Positions 14,296 through 27,789 of a stretch of DNA of 64,000 nucleotides are shown in pieces (the first letter of the stretch is position 1; every line of letters starts with the position of its first letter). This DNA is from the human T2T-CHM13v2.0 reference genome, Homo sapiens, in assembly GCF_009914755.1 (NCBI RefSeq), contig NC_060927.1; one strand, given 5' to 3'. The notes under the pieces were generated by a model, which was not told the DNA's origin, did no database searches, and saw nothing but the letters and a program-made list of their open reading frames with translations. Both the position numbers and the translations under genes were made by a program.

Positions 14296-16504
14296 TTAAA
14301 TTTGTAAAGTAATAAAGAAGATGTATTCAAAAATAAAAGAAAAATAAACCATCTTACATAGAGAGTCATACCTAGATTTTGCTATTTAATTCCTCAGCAT
14401 AAATATAGCAGAGTCACATCACTCGTGCATTTAATTTATAAACTGCCTTTAGAGTTTACAGAAGGTCCAACCCCAACATCTAGGCTGTAAATATGTTTTC
14501 AAGTTCAATTTCTGCAAAAAAATTAAATAGGGTAGTCATAATTCATAATATAGTAACCATTTCAAATAAAATGTTATATTCTACATTGATTACAACCTTC
14601 TAATTCCTAAGAAATCTATTAGGTTGTATACAAAATTATAAGTAGGATTTGGTTTAATATACAGAATAATCTTCTATAATATTAGTTGTGTTGCATGGCA
14701 ATGAAGATAATGAACTACCTTGGAAGTTGTGAGATTGCTGCTTTTAGAGTTACGAATATAGACTGAAAAATTACTTCATAGAGTGTGTGGTTGGAGGACT
14801 TTCTACAATAGGTACATGGAACTTTCCTCCAAGGTCACTTCACATCAATACTTTCGTGGTTATATAAAATTCAGAAAAATATCACAACTCAACCACAATT
14901 ACAATGTAAAATTCAGCAATTTTTCCTCCTTGTGCCTTACAAGCTTATAACACAGCATTCTGCTCATTAATGCAAAAAGTAGTACTAAGATTTAATCTTA
15001 AACTATCCCCAGGACAGTCCAGTTTGTTCTGATTTTGAGGACTTTAAGTTCTTAAAGAGGACTAAAGATATTTAATTGTAATTAGAAAACCAGTCATAGT
15101 CTAAAAATTTCTAATGATTGAGTAAAAGTTTAAAAGTCCAACTCATCACAATTTGCGGGCTGAGAAGCCATTTGGTTCACAGAAGTTTGCTTGCAAATGG
15201 CACATATGGCAACACAATCTCAATATTTTATTGCAGAAAAGTTATGTTAATTGCAAAAGCTAAGTCTACTGAGAGAGTTAATTAAGAAAACGTGGGATTA
15301 TGTGCTGTGTCTTCAGACTAGGTCTGAGGGCTCAGAATTGTCACTGAGTGCAAAACTAAGCGAAATGGATCAATATTCAATTTCACAAAGATAATGCAAT
15401 ACCTTGGAAGAAAAAAAAACCATGTTTCTCAGATACTTTCCAAAATATAAAATTTTGGGATACAGAATCAAACCTTGAAAAGTAAAACCACTAAAAAGAT
15501 TTTTAGAGACAGCTACTGGATTAAGGAGAACTTCACTGAAACAGCTGATCACCCCCAACATTGCCAGGTCATTCTGGGTTCCTCAGCCTCTCCCATAATA
15601 CTGTAGACACTAAATATAAAGCTGCAGACTACTGACCACCAGCCCACTGATAAATTTCCTCTCAAAATGAAACAGAGAAAGATTATTATAGGAAGCCAAA
15701 TTCTTTCTTCTTTTATTCCAGATACAAAATTAAAGAAAGGTCAATAATTTGGCTGACATTTAAAAATTAAATCATTTCAAATAAAATTGGAACTTTTTAT
15801 GGTGAGGTTAAATAAATGGCATAAGATAGGGGATCATATGCATTTAAATATTTTTCAGATTTAAGAGGGAACAGAAGATAGCCGCAGCAAGGTTCTTAGG
15901 TTAACATTCACAGTGAGCAAGCACAGTTTAAAACTTAGCCACATAATCTAGAATTTCAGGACTATAAAAAACTTGAGAGATTGGCTGCTCTAATTTTCCA
16001 TCTAATGCCTGATCTTTCCCACAGAACCCTGATAAACTGATGGCCAATTTCAACATGTAATGATCTAGAGCTCTATATGCTCCAAAGTAGTAGTTTAACC
16101 TTAGTGAATCTTTTTTTTTTATTTTTTCCGATTTAATCAGATCTATTTTTCTGGAATTTTTATCCATTATTTATAATTTCATATTTAAAATCTAGTACAT
16201 TGAATCCAATTCTTTTTCTACCTCCTAGCCTTTCCAGTCTTTTTTTTTTTCCAATGATAAGACCCGTCAGTTTATTCAACTTTTCATCGTGTATGTTGTG
16301 CTTTTGCATGTTTGTCTCCACTCTGGTAGATTTTCTCAGGAGACAATCTGAATTTATCTTTCTGGGTTTTCAGCATCCCACTTAAAGAAGGCTAGCCATA
16401 ACTTAACACAACTCTCTGACCAGTATAAATTGTGTCTTAGTCCCAATATTCTAGATCTCAGAATTCTATGACAGTGGCCATGTCTCATTTAAAACAAAGA
16501 TGAT

Positions 16505-16916
16505 ACAACGGGTTCACCAAATCCCATTACCTTTTTCTCTCCTTGGCACATAGCTAGACTACATTTCTGATTCCTCTGCAGTTAGTTGGGACCATGCAAT
16601 GGAGTTCTGGCCAATGGAACATATGTGGAAGTCATATATCCACTTCTAGGTCTGGCCTAAAGTTCCTGAAACTATTCTCATGAGATTCTTTGTGTACTCT
16701 TTCTCATCCCTCATCTCCTGGCTTATTGGAAAGCATTCAGTGGAGAACTCAAAGACCTAAGGGATGGAAAAAATTAATAAATGAAATGAGTCTAAGTCCC
16801 TAAATAAAGATAGAGAAGAGATTTCCCAATGCTCTCCCTGCCAGCATTAGAATATTATTGGAGTAAGAAATGCACTGTTATTGTGTTAAGCCACTGAAAA
16901 TTTGGATATGCTTGTG
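16505..16916 (+). mobile_element. Old MaLR LTR (MLT1J-like)
   Basis: AGACTACATTTC..GCAGTTAG..GAGTTCTGGCCAATGGAA..GTGGAAGT and terminal TGTGTTAAGCCACTGA motifs. Confidence 0.7.
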
Positions 16917-17385
16917 AAATTTGAAATCAGATCATCTCGGCAAAGTGCCCACACCTTCACATATTTGGTAGGGAAAAACAACTGGAAAATAATTATGACA
17001 GTATTACATGTGATATACTAGTTGATGAACCATTTTTTCTTCACTTCTTAACCTTTGTTGATGTCTCAAGTGATAAGAGTAAATTATGCTTTAGTCCTTG
17101 ATGTTAACTAGAGTGATGTCAACATGTTGAGTGTCATGACATACTTTCTAATATTAGAATTTGGGGCAGGACCCACTTGAAGACCCTAGTTAGCACCAAA
17201 CAAGTACCTGCTGAGAACTAACTGAACTGTTGGATATCTTTTTCTTGATTTTGTTTTCTAAAAATTGAAAATTAAAAAATGATATTTCCTATCTCTTTAT
17301 TGAATAAATCACTTTACATCACTTTTATGGTAAGATGAAGTAGACCCAATCTAAATGTAACGAATAGTATAAATTTTGGCAATAT

Positions 17386-17470
17386 TATATATATATGTAT
17401 GTGTGTGTATATATACATGTTTGTCTCTGTGCATATGTGTACACACACACACACACACACACACATATAT
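17386..17470. repeat. Compound (TA)n/(TG)n/(CA)n microsatellite
   Basis: Seen directly; ~12 CA units at 17441-17466. Confidence 0.9.
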
Positions 17471-17859
17471 GTTTCTCAAAGGTTGCTCAAAGGAGGCAAA
17501 CAGAACAACTAGAACGTTGTAATTATTTTGTAACAAGTGATTTTACCTAACTTCTATGACGTTGGATAAATCTATGACCTGCCGTATTCTCTCCAAAAAA
17601 TAGAAGGGTTAATTTCAGCTAGCAAACAAGCTCAGCCAGGTCCTGTATCTCATCCACCCCATCAGTAATATCTCACATCATTCCAGCAATCTCAAGAATT
17701 ACTCCAACTGAGTCACATTCTGGAAATGTGTTTGGACTATTCAGTAAGTAGTCTGACTTTGATGGATTGATACTAAAATTAAAGTCCTCTGAGATCTCCA
17801 ATGTTATATCACACTACACTTGGCCACATCTCGTCGTGCATTTCTTCTCTCCGTTTAAA

Positions 17860-18270
17860 TAACCATGCCCAAACCACAACAAATTACTCACTCCACTTTT
17901 GGGCTGTCTCCTCTCACCTCCCTGTCTTGGCTTCTGCTTTTATCTCCTTAGAATACCCCCCATCTTGCCCAATCTACTTTATAAAATTCTGTAGATTTTC
18001 CAGTGCTATCACAAGTGCCTGTTCTTTTGTGAATTCTTATGTCTTCCCCAGTTAGAAATATTTTTTACTTTTTTGGCATATTCAGGTTCTTTTGTTTGTA
18101 CACAGCAGTACTTAGAGTAGCTTTTCATGTGCCAGTTTATCATTACTGGATCATAACGTATGCAGGAGCAGGAATCACATTTCATTCTTCTTCTTTATAT
18201 GGCCAAAGAGAGTTGTATATAAATGTGCTCAATATATGTATAATGAAACTAGTGAATGCATGGATAGTTA
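17860..18270 (+). mobile_element. L2 LINE 3' fragment
   Basis: Ends in the L2 terminus-like GTGCTCAATATATGT..TGAATGCATGGAT. Confidence 0.55.
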
Positions 18271-19119
18271 TGGATGTGTCAGAGCATGTGTTTCAAGGAA
18301 TCTCCCAATTGCATTTTAGAACTATTTCAAAACTTCAAGGAAAAAATAAAAAATAAAAATGAGTTGATCTGTAGAAATGATTTAGAATGACTGAAAAGAA
18401 CTGAATGCATATTTTGACAGCAAGTTTTTTTCCTATATATATATATATATAAAAGTAAATGCTTTATGTCAATGCTCAGTGTGTTCTTAATCTGGAATTC
18501 TAAAATTACCAGAAAAAAAGTTTAAACTGAAATAGAAGAAACTGAAAAACAATCTATTTAGTTTTTTTAATTAGAAATTGCTTTTATTGAATAGTCAATT
18601 CTGACATTCAAACATTTAAGATGCAAACCACTTCTTCATATTCCTCCACATTTTTCTCTCTTTGCATAATTACAAATTTTGTATAAATAGATTTAGGGAA
18701 AGGTTAACCATTAGAATTAGAGGATAATTCAATAATAATAGTTATATTTGGATAAAATGATGTCACATACCTGATTCAGTGAGGATATTGTACTGCATAT
18801 CAAAAGAGCATAGAGAAAATACAGTTTGAGTTTAATGAAATTGAACAACAAGAAGCCAAAAAATTATAAGACATTTTCTACCTAAATATGCTGTTCAAGC
18901 TACAAATGATAACTAAAATAGCAAATTGCAAGAAACGTGATTATAAGGAGAGTTTTGATGTTTTCATCCAAAAGAAAGAAACAGAAAATGATAAAATATA
19001 TAAAAAAGTTGTCTCTATGAGCTTGAAGGTGAAAAGAAAGATAAATACCAACAAAACAAGTTACTAATTTAATTCAAAGTTAAATTCAAGTACATAATGT
19101 ATACTTGAGTATGTGGGTA

Positions 19120-19123
<4 letters not shown>

Positions 19124-19165
<42 letters not shown>

Positions 19166-19177
19166 TGTGTGTGTCTG
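19124..19177 (+). repeat. (TG)n microsatellite
   Basis: About 20 uninterrupted TG units. Confidence 0.95.
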
Positions 19178-19383
19178 TAGCTCAGTTTGACAAAATATAA
19201 TAGTTTATATACACACTGAAATTTACTTAATGAGTAAAATAGTCACTCTTCAAAAATAAATGACATGTACGGAAAACACGTTTGAGACCAAAAAGTAAAC
19301 TCAAAAATATGTTTCCCACATTAGAAAATGCATTATTTTATAGAAACTTGTCTAAGTATTGATTCCCTAAAAAGCTGACTTTG

Positions 19384-19694
19384 GGCTGGGTGTGGTGGCT
19401 CACGCCTGCAATCCCAGCACTTTGGGAGGCTGAGGTGGGTGGATCACAAGGTCAAGAGATCGAGACCAGCCTGGCCAACATGGTGAAACCCCATCTCTAC
19501 TAAAAATACAAAAATTAGCTGGGCATGGTGGCGTGCACCTGTAGTCCCAGCTACCCAGGAGGCTGAGGCAGGAGAATCACTTGAACCCAGGAGGCAGAGG
19601 TTGAAGTCAGCCAAGATCTCACCATGCACTGCACTCCAGCCTGGCGACAGAGTGAGACTCCATTAAAAAAAAAATTTAAAAATTTAAAAAAAAA
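19384..19694 (+). mobile_element. AluSc
   Basis: Sc diagnostics GGTCAAGAGATCGAGACC and CCTGGCGACAGAG; TSD ~AAAAA(G)CTGACTTTG at 19369-19383 and after the tail (to 19703). Confidence 0.88.
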
Positions 19695-19946
19695 CTGACT
19701 TTGAGACAAGAATTTGGGTACAAGTAGCTTATGTGCAAGGTGATCCCAGGAAGCACTAAAAGAAAGTGGAGGTTAGTCAGGAAAGGCAGGAAAGCAAAGG
19801 AAAGACAACAAAGAATGCAGTCATGCGTCAGTTACCATGGTGGTTGACCGAGGCTTATTTTCTCAGCGACCCACGAGAAATTGAATGTAAAAACATATCT
19901 CAGAACTCTACCAATGAAGGGCAAATATTCTAGGGCATTTGCCCAC

Positions 19947-20349
19947 TCTATTAGGCCATTCTTGCATTGCTATGAAGAACCTGACACTGGATAATTTATA
20001 AAGAAAAGAGGTTTAATTGGCTAACAGTTCTTCAGGCTTTACAGGAAGCATGGTGCTGGCATCTGCTCAGCTTTGGTTGAAGGCTCAGGGAGGCTTCAAT
20101 CCTGGCAGGCAAAGCAGGAGCAGAAACATCACATGGCCAGAGTGGGAGCAAGAGAGAGGGGAGGGGAGGTGCCACACACGTTTAAACGACCAGATCTTGT
20201 AAGAACTCACTCGCTATCATGAAGACAGCACCAAGTCATTAGGGATCCACCCCCATGACCAAAACATTTCCCACCAGGCCCCACCTCCAGCACTGGGGAT
20301 TACAATTCAACAGGAGATTTTGGCAGGGACAAATATTCAAACTTTGTTA
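19947..20349 (-). mobile_element. MST (MSTA-like) solo LTR
   Basis: ..TTAGGCCATTCTTGCATTGCTAT..AAAGAAAAGAGGTTTAATTGGCT..; 5-bp TSD CCCAC (19942-19946 / 20350-20354). Confidence 0.85.
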
Positions 20350-21214
20350 CCCACCAACTTCTAGCCCTCAATGACTGTAGGCTAGTCTGTGGGCATTAAA
20401 TCTCTAGCAGACTTCTATCTGAGCATATTCTCGTGTCTTTAGACAAAAAGCCATCAGCTTGTGGAGTACTGTCTGTAGAAGGACTTTGTGAAGGGAGATG
20501 TCTAAGGGAATACAGCTTAGACGTTTGCTACAGAGCATGTGGAATTTTCTGTTTTCCTAAATTCAATCTAAATAGACATTCTAAGACATTAAAATCCTAC
20601 CATTCATGGTATCCATAAGGAATTTTACCTACGTATCAATGTGTTTATGTATCTGCCTACTTACATTAATTGGTGAATATATACTTAATACGTTGTTTCC
20701 ACAGTTTTAAACAATGAGCATTAAATATAAGCTAAAACATCTTCCCATTTAACAGTCGTGTATAGCTCACAAATGGAATTGATTCTTTTTCCATTTCTGA
20801 TTGCTTAATACATATTTTTCCTGGAATAAGCTTTACTCACATGAGTAAAATAACCCAAGATGAGAACTTTACCAACAAAAAACCGAAATGAAAGAATGAT
20901 TTTTCAGGACATTTGCCAACCAAAAAAATAAATAGAAAACTGCTTCTGTGAAAACATCTGATTCAACATATGACAATCTATATTATAATGTTAGGGTTAG
21001 GAGCACATGCATATGAAATAATCATAAATCATGCATTCATTTATCTTAACCAAAGGAAGTAATGCCTATATACATACATAATTTAAATATATACTCTTTT
21101 TCTGTACTTGATATGTTTCCTACATTTATTTTTCCCTTACTATCATTTATTTCAAGTGAATATATTATCCATATATACAAACTATTGGAAGCATATTTAA
21201 TTTATTTAATTCTG

Positions 21215-22095
21215 CAATTATTTATTAGAGTTCACTATGTGTCAGGCAATGCTTTGTAGGAGCTAGGGATTTATGGCAAATAAGTCATAATACCTGTCTT
21301 AAAGAATTCACAGTTTTTGAATAGATTTACATGTAGCATTGCTCTAAATTAAAGAAGAATATATCATTAGAGGTGTAGACGTAATGTACCGTCGGAACAC
21401 AAACAATGGGGAGAGAAGTAGTTAGTCATGACTGGAGATTCACCAGAGGATCACAGAGGAGGTAGTATTCCATTTGAACCATGAAAAATAGGTGAAACTT
21501 CAATGCACAGAGATGAAGGTAGAAGTGGGGATGTACCAAAGAGACCAAATAGAATGAATGAAGGCTTGGAGATAGTAATAGTTCATAGGCTTCTTCAGAG
21601 AATGAAGAGTGTTGGGAATGCTTTACATATAGGCGCCTCAGTTGGTACGGTGAAATACTGCACCAGAAAGGTAAGTTGAGTCTAGATTTTGGAAAACATT
21701 GCATGGACTCACAAGGCAGTTGGGCTTCATTCTATCAGCTATGGTGAGAAATAAAAAAGTTTTGATGAAATAAATCCCACAATCAAAACTATGTTTTATA
21801 GAGAGAAGTAACTGTGTAACTAGTCTTTACGGAAATTACTCATCTATGTTTACGCAAAATAGATCAGTGATTAGGGAGAGAAAAAAATTTGGAAACAGGT
21901 AGACCTACTTCTAAAAATGATAGACTGCTGTAGTTATCCATGTTAGAGGAAAAAAGATCCCCAACCATAGCAGTGGCAGTGGGAATTTAAAAAGGAAAGG
22001 CATTTCAGAGGTAAAACTGACAGCATCTTATGAACAATAAGATTTCGGAGCAGTGAGAGTGAGAGCAGCTAAAGATAGATCTGTGGTTTACATTA
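21215..22095 (-). mobile_element. L2 LINE fragment
   Basis: Begins with the reverse L2 3' terminus ATTTATTAGAG..CTATGTGTCAGGCA..; purine-rich L2-like body. Confidence 0.6.
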
Positions 22096-22097
22096 GT

Positions 22098-22519
22098 GGA
22101 CATCATTGGTGCTCTGCCGCATCCCCCTCTGATCCCTTTACCGGGTTAGTATATGCTTGCCCCAGCACCTGCATGCCTTTGTACTTTCTTTCCTCTTTGC
22201 GGGACACCAGAAAGCTCTAAATGCTGGAAACAAATGTCTCTATCACACAACCTACAGAATAACTGGTGTGGGAGTAGAGAAGTTTAGCTTCCTTGTGTTT
22301 AACTGGGAAAAACATTGGAGGATAATTTATTTTCCTGATATCCTGGGTGGGAAGAAGTTGAGGTCGGTACTAAAATTGCATTCTTGCTGGATCCTACCAT
22401 TTCTTTGTATTGCATGCCCCACTCCCTTACTCATTTGTTTCTGGAATTGCTTCTTTAACAAATTACTTGCACATGGAATCCTCATTGGAGTGACTATTTC
22501 CAGGATACTCATCTTGAGA
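22098..22519 (+). mobile_element. LTR16-family LTR
   Basis: Ends ..AACAAATTACTTGCACATGGAATCCTC..; opposite orientation to the LTR16 at 19350. Confidence 0.6.
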
Positions 22520-22853
22520 GGGGTATGGAGATTGAAGGTTTTGAAAAAATTAACTAAAAAAGGGAAAAATAGGTTATATCCCTTGACTCACTTTATTCTA
22601 AACTCCAAGAAATGCCTCCTACTGATATATTTTACTTCAGTAAAAACAAATTACCTCCTGTTGGAATTTAAAGTAAAAGATAAGCAAAAGCAAAGGTGAA
22701 TATCTGTATTATGTGAGTGTCATGTGTGGTGGGAGGACATGACAAAGAATTCTTTTTAAAATCATAAATGGTAATAATATCTTTAAGAGCAATGTACTAA
22801 TTCTTCAAGTATTCAAGGCAGTTGGAATATGAGTTTCGAACATTTTGTAGGTA

Positions 22854-22936
22854 TTTTAAATTATCTAAGTGACATTAAAATTTTAAATTATCTAAGTGAC
22901 ATTAAAAAAAATTAAATTATCTAAGTGACATTAAAA
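22854..22936 (+). repeat. Tandem triplication of TTAAATTATCTAAGTGACATTAAAA
   Basis: Three identical 25-nt cores (units at 22854-22880, 22881-22907, 22912-22936). Confidence 0.95.
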
Positions 22937-23929
22937 AGGAATGCAAGAAGAAGGAAGAAAAAAATGCTGGCCAATACATTTGAACATAAAATTATTTAAC
23001 ATGGAAAATACCATTTTATCTCTGATTCCTTGAGAGTTGGCATAGTAACTGATGACTTTGGCAGTATTAATTTCATGCCACTCTAAGGAATATAGATTAG
23101 TTTTTCTCTCCTCCAAATGGGCCTAATTGTCCTACTCTTTGATTCGTTACATCTACCACTAAATTTTTCAAATATTTTGCCACTTTTACAATCAAATTAT
23201 CATATTTTATGTATTTTATTGTTAGAAACTTCAGTTTAATATTCTGTTTCTAATCCTTTATGAGCTGGAAAACCAAATATTCAAGACTTTTAACATTACA
23301 TATCAAGTAAAACAAAATATTTCTACTCTAGAGTCCAGGATGGTATCTTGGTAAACTCTTGAGGTAAACCATGTTAAAAAGTTTCTAGCCGGCTTTAATT
23401 TTTAAATATCTATTTTCTTTTCAGTTATTTGATTTGTTCGATTTATATCTGTAAGTCCAGAATGTGTCACAATGGCTTACAGTGAACAGACGACCTTTAA
23501 TTTTAAGTTGAATGAGTTCCAAATCAAGGTGGGGGGCATTACAATGAGTTCTATTTTAAGTCATAGATGGCAACAATATCTAACTAGTTTCTCTTCATAC
23601 AGCAAAGTAGTAAAATCTTAGTCGTTCACTCTATCATATCTTAATGTGCTTTCTGGTCACTTAGCACTATAGTAGCCTGAAGGTCAAAAATTGCTATGTA
23701 ATAAAGTCACTATCTCCACTCTCTCTCCTCTTTTTCTCTCTTGAACCCATTTATGTAAGTAAGCCTTTCATTTTCCTTACAGTAAAACTGCTCTTGTCAT
23801 GGTCACTACTAATACCTCTGTTAGTAATGCACTGATCTTCATAAAATTTGATATATCCAAACATTTGAGACAATTGGTCACCCTTTTCTTGAAACAATTT
23901 CTTTCATTGGCCAGGCGTGGCTCTCATGA

Positions 23930-24110
23930 TGACCTTAGTGTTCTCATAATTAGAGATACTGAAGACCTTACCTTCTCTGCCATGTGAGGATACAGGATGA
24001 AGGTGTCACCTGCAAGCCAGGAAGAAAGTCCTCATGAAGACCTGACCATATGGCATCCTGATGTTGGGCTTCTGGCCTCCAAAATCATGATAAATAAATT
24101 TCTGCTGTCT
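23930..24110 (+). mobile_element. MLT1 LTR fragment
   Basis: CTGCCATGTGAGGATACAG..CTGCAAGCCAGGAAG..GGCCTCCAAAA..AAATAAATTTCTG. Confidence 0.7.
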
Positions 24111-24289
24111 ACAAAACAGGCTCAGTTTAATGTTTGTATATTGCACCTTGTTATATTATCTCATTAACAATGAGGAAAACCTGTGACTTCTGAAATTGAT
24201 TAACACAATGTAATCTTACATTTGATTCAGGATAAAAGCAGATATTAAATTTCAGGTTATGAAAAAGCAAAAACAAACAACATGAAAAA

Positions 24290-24760
24290 TAGAGCCCTCA
24301 AAATGGTCTGTAAGGTTCTCCGGCGTTTTTGTCCCTATCATTGGTCCATATCATCTGTTATTTTTCCTTCTGTTCTAGCAACTTTGGGCTCTTTGCAATT
24401 CAGAGTGTGAGCATGTGTTCCCTCTTCCTGGAACACTTTTCTTTGTATGAACATATGGGTTATTTTCTTCACTTTTGGTTTCACTCAAATTTCATCTGAT
24501 GATGAATGTTTAATGATAACTTCTCCCCTCCACACTTTCTAAGTTTCATATCCCATTTCCCCTATATGCATTGTATTTATTGTCACCATGTGGCACACAT
24601 ATTTACTTATAGATTTGCTTATTATTTGCTCTCTTAATTAGAATGGAAACACTTTAAGGGCAAGAACTATGTCATTTTACTCATTGCTGTATCCACATTT
24701 CCTTGAACAGTGCCCAGCACACAGTAGTTTTCAGTATACATTTGTTGAATGACTTGTTGG
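24290..24760 (+). mobile_element. L2a-type 3' fragment
   Basis: Ends AACAGTGCCCAGCACACAGTAG..ATTTGTTGAATGA. Confidence 0.75.
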
Positions 24761-25319
24761 ATTAATTTAATCCTAATTCTGTATTATTCCTTAGCTAATA
24801 TTTGCGTTATTCCTCAAAACGAGAAATCAACCTGGATAATCATTGAAATCATAGAAAAGGTCCACCAGGTGATTTTAAGCTGGAATATATTACCTAACAC
24901 AGCCGTTTATAAATGTTGTGCCTTTAATGATATTGACTTAGCTTTTTCAGTGTTAGGTCCCCCATCTACAATGAAAATCAAAATCTCTACTTTTCAAGTG
25001 ATTGGAATGAAATTAGATAACAGACGTAAATTGCCTAGTTTAGTGCCTACCACATTACAGGAGCTTCATAAAATTAGTTCATGCCATTTTCCCAACTAGG
25101 GATTAGTCAAGTACTTAGGGACAAATACAATATGGAACCTCAACAAAAATATTACTAAGCATCAACCATATATGTGGTAGCTTTTTTGGTGGGAATTGAT
25201 AAAAAGAAAGAGACAGATAATATAAAATTTTTAAAAAGGTGGTATCCTAACCTAAGGAACTTACAACGTAGTAGGAAGAGGGACACATGATTAAGGCAAA
25301 TTAAACCAGCCTAGAAAAA

Positions 25320-25505
25320 TAGCATACTATGGGAGAAATATTGGTTTTGGTTTAGAAGATATTGCCTTGAATCCCAGGTCCATTAATGGTGAATTTATCC
25401 ACTGTCAAATGTAATTGTTATTAATAACACAACTGGCAACATTGTGAATATTAAATGAGGATGAGTTGTTGGAGAGTTTTTGGTACATTGCAAAATTGTC
25501 TATAA
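25320..25505 (+). mobile_element. MIR, degraded
   Basis: TTGAATCCCAGGTC..TGTGAATATTAAATGAG.. MIR-like. Confidence 0.5.
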
Positions 25506-27164
25506 ATCAGGTTCATTATATTTACGAGACATGTTGAATATCCTTTTCATTGTACTCCCATTGCATTTCCTTTACTATATATTAGTACTTATCTCACATG
25601 ATCACATCAAACACATAGTTTGATGAACCATGAGTTTCTTCAGTGAGGCGAGAGTTTTTGAGGGCTGGAATTGTTCTATTCATTTTAGTTTTATGATGCC
25701 TATTTAATAAATGTTGAATGAAGGGAGGTAAGGAAAATGAATAAATGGTTCTAATCGAGGTATAAGCATATTAGAGGGAATAATAAATGTCAACTTGCAT
25801 AGAGGGATAGAAATAGAAAAGACTACTTAGGGAGTGGCATATTCAACTTAAATCTTGAAAGTTGAATTGGAATTTAACAGGCAAAGGATAAAAAGAACAT
25901 TACAGGTGCAGTAAAGGTTCTTCAGCTGAATTCTAAAGATAGGATTCCAGGGACTCATAAAGTGATTATATAATTTTATGTGTTTATCTATTTGTCCCAA
26001 GGTTAGGGATTATAGTTTTGATAACAGGTTCAAAGTCATCAGTGTCACAATAAAAAGTTAAGTAAGAACACTGAGGTTGAGAGAAGAAAATGAGTAAAAA
26101 TAAAATGTGAGACAGCAAAAGCATAATTCGGAAGTAAAAATGTGTTTGCTATAACTGGATTGTGTTCATTCCATACTTTAAAACCTGAAAAATCAGGAAT
26201 TTAATTTTTCTTTTAAAAAATAAGTAACAAAATTTTCATATGTGTTTAAACTCAATACTCTCATAAATGTAGATGCCTAATTTGTTATGAAATATCATCT
26301 AAATAGAGCCTTAAAAAAGGAAGATCAAAACCCAGTTACCCATTCAAAATTGTCTATTTAATTGATTCACAGCAACTCTTTTAAGTCTTCTTAATTCTTT
26401 GATTCTCACTTATTCTTAAATGGCAGGATTTTAGCCTTAGATTGTTTCCAACTGAGTCCTGGCTTCGTTCCCTTTGGTAGAGAACAGCTGGTTGCCTACG
26501 GTAATCCCAGCAGTAAATGCCAAGCTAAAGATGGGATATAGAACACAGTGTTTGGAAAACAGGTTAGATCAGAGTCAAAATTGTTCCCTCAATTGAAGAT
26601 GGCAATGATTACCATGCTGATTGCAGTTCAGCATGGCTTTGCTTTTCATTTACTTGTTTTTTAACATATATATATGCATATATATATATACATAAATAGT
26701 CAAAAGCCTGTTATATTTCTCCTTTATGCAGTCCATTAAATTACTCAGACATTATGTAATCCACCACAAATCTTATAAAGAGGAATATGCTGTCCAGTGA
26801 AAACAGCCTTGTTTCATAAGGGTCCTTCCAGAGAGCATTCTGCTGAGTCATCTGCTGAACACATTGACTTCCTGTAGAAAACTGGGAAAGGCATCAGACT
26901 TTGCATTTTCTGTAATGCTTTTACAGACTGGAATGTCCAATTCATTTGCTTAACAATTAGAAGAGAAGCTTCCGTTTTAACCTTGCACAGCCTTCACCAA
27001 TGCAAATATGTCTTACCTAAATCCTTTCTGCTGGATGAATGAAGGTACTATAGTACAGAGGCAGAATAAAGGGACGGAAATAATAAACAGAGTAATGATA
27101 ACCTTGCACGTTTGTATAGCAGTTTTCAGTTCACAAAGTACTGTCATAAAATGACACACTGCAA

Positions 27165-27385
27165 AAAAATGGAATTTGGGTTCAGAGAAATCCGAGTTTA
27201 ATTAGTGGATCTAGAGTGTATTAGTAAGGTAATAAAATCACTTGCTATGTTACCCCCAGTGTTACTGCCTTATAAAGAAGATCACCTCTCTGCGTAGTCT
27301 ACCCATAAGCATTTTTGGCAGGGCTAATTTGAATTAAATGAGATAGGGAAAGTAAAAGCATCAGTAAACTTTGAGTGCTCTACTG
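27165..27385 (+). mobile_element. MIR, degraded
   Basis: GGAATTTGGGTTCAGAG..GAATTAAATGAGATA..GTAAAAGCA.. Confidence 0.5.
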
Positions 27386-27789
27386 AGGTTAATCATCATC
27401 ACTGTCATCAGCATCATCATTATCATAATCATTTATTTAAAGTTGCATAAAGGAATATAATTTTTTATTTAATAATAATGGACATCAAAAAGCATTGCAT
27501 TTGCAACTTATCATAAGTAAATATTAAATATGAAAATAAAATTTTTGTGCATTTTATTTTAAAGAGGCAATATTAGGGAAAATAAGATAAAACATTATTT
27601 TTAGTAAGATACTTGAGAAGATAAATTGGCTAAATATCAGAAAAATAAAAACTTAAGAGTACAAAAATTATACAAAGGTTATGGCCCTGAGTTTCAGGAA
27701 AAGTAAGAGAGGGAACTAGAGTGAGAGTGAAAAAAATGTTTAGTCTGCAAATATCTATTTTCTTAATTTTTAAAACAAAATTAAAAAAA

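Larger units (their letters stand above)
19350..20531 (-). mobile_element. LTR16-family ERVL LTR, interrupted by an AluSc and an MST LTR
   Basis: TGAGACAAGAATTTGGGTACAAGTAG..GGTGATCCCAGGAAGCAC is LTR16-like; the sequence resumes after both insertions. Confidence 0.6.

Noticed and set aside
22157-22699. Longest ORF in the track (180 aa)
   Set aside because: Non-ATG start, overlaps an LTR16 relic and runs into AT-rich DNA; no recognisable domain.
22854-22936. CRISPR-like direct repeats
   Set aside because: No unique spacers and a eukaryotic context; it is a simple tandem repeat.
27017-27047. 31-nt minus-strand pseudo-exon (TAG acceptor, TAG/GTAAGA donor)
   Set aside because: Such splice-site pairs are common in non-coding DNA; no further support.
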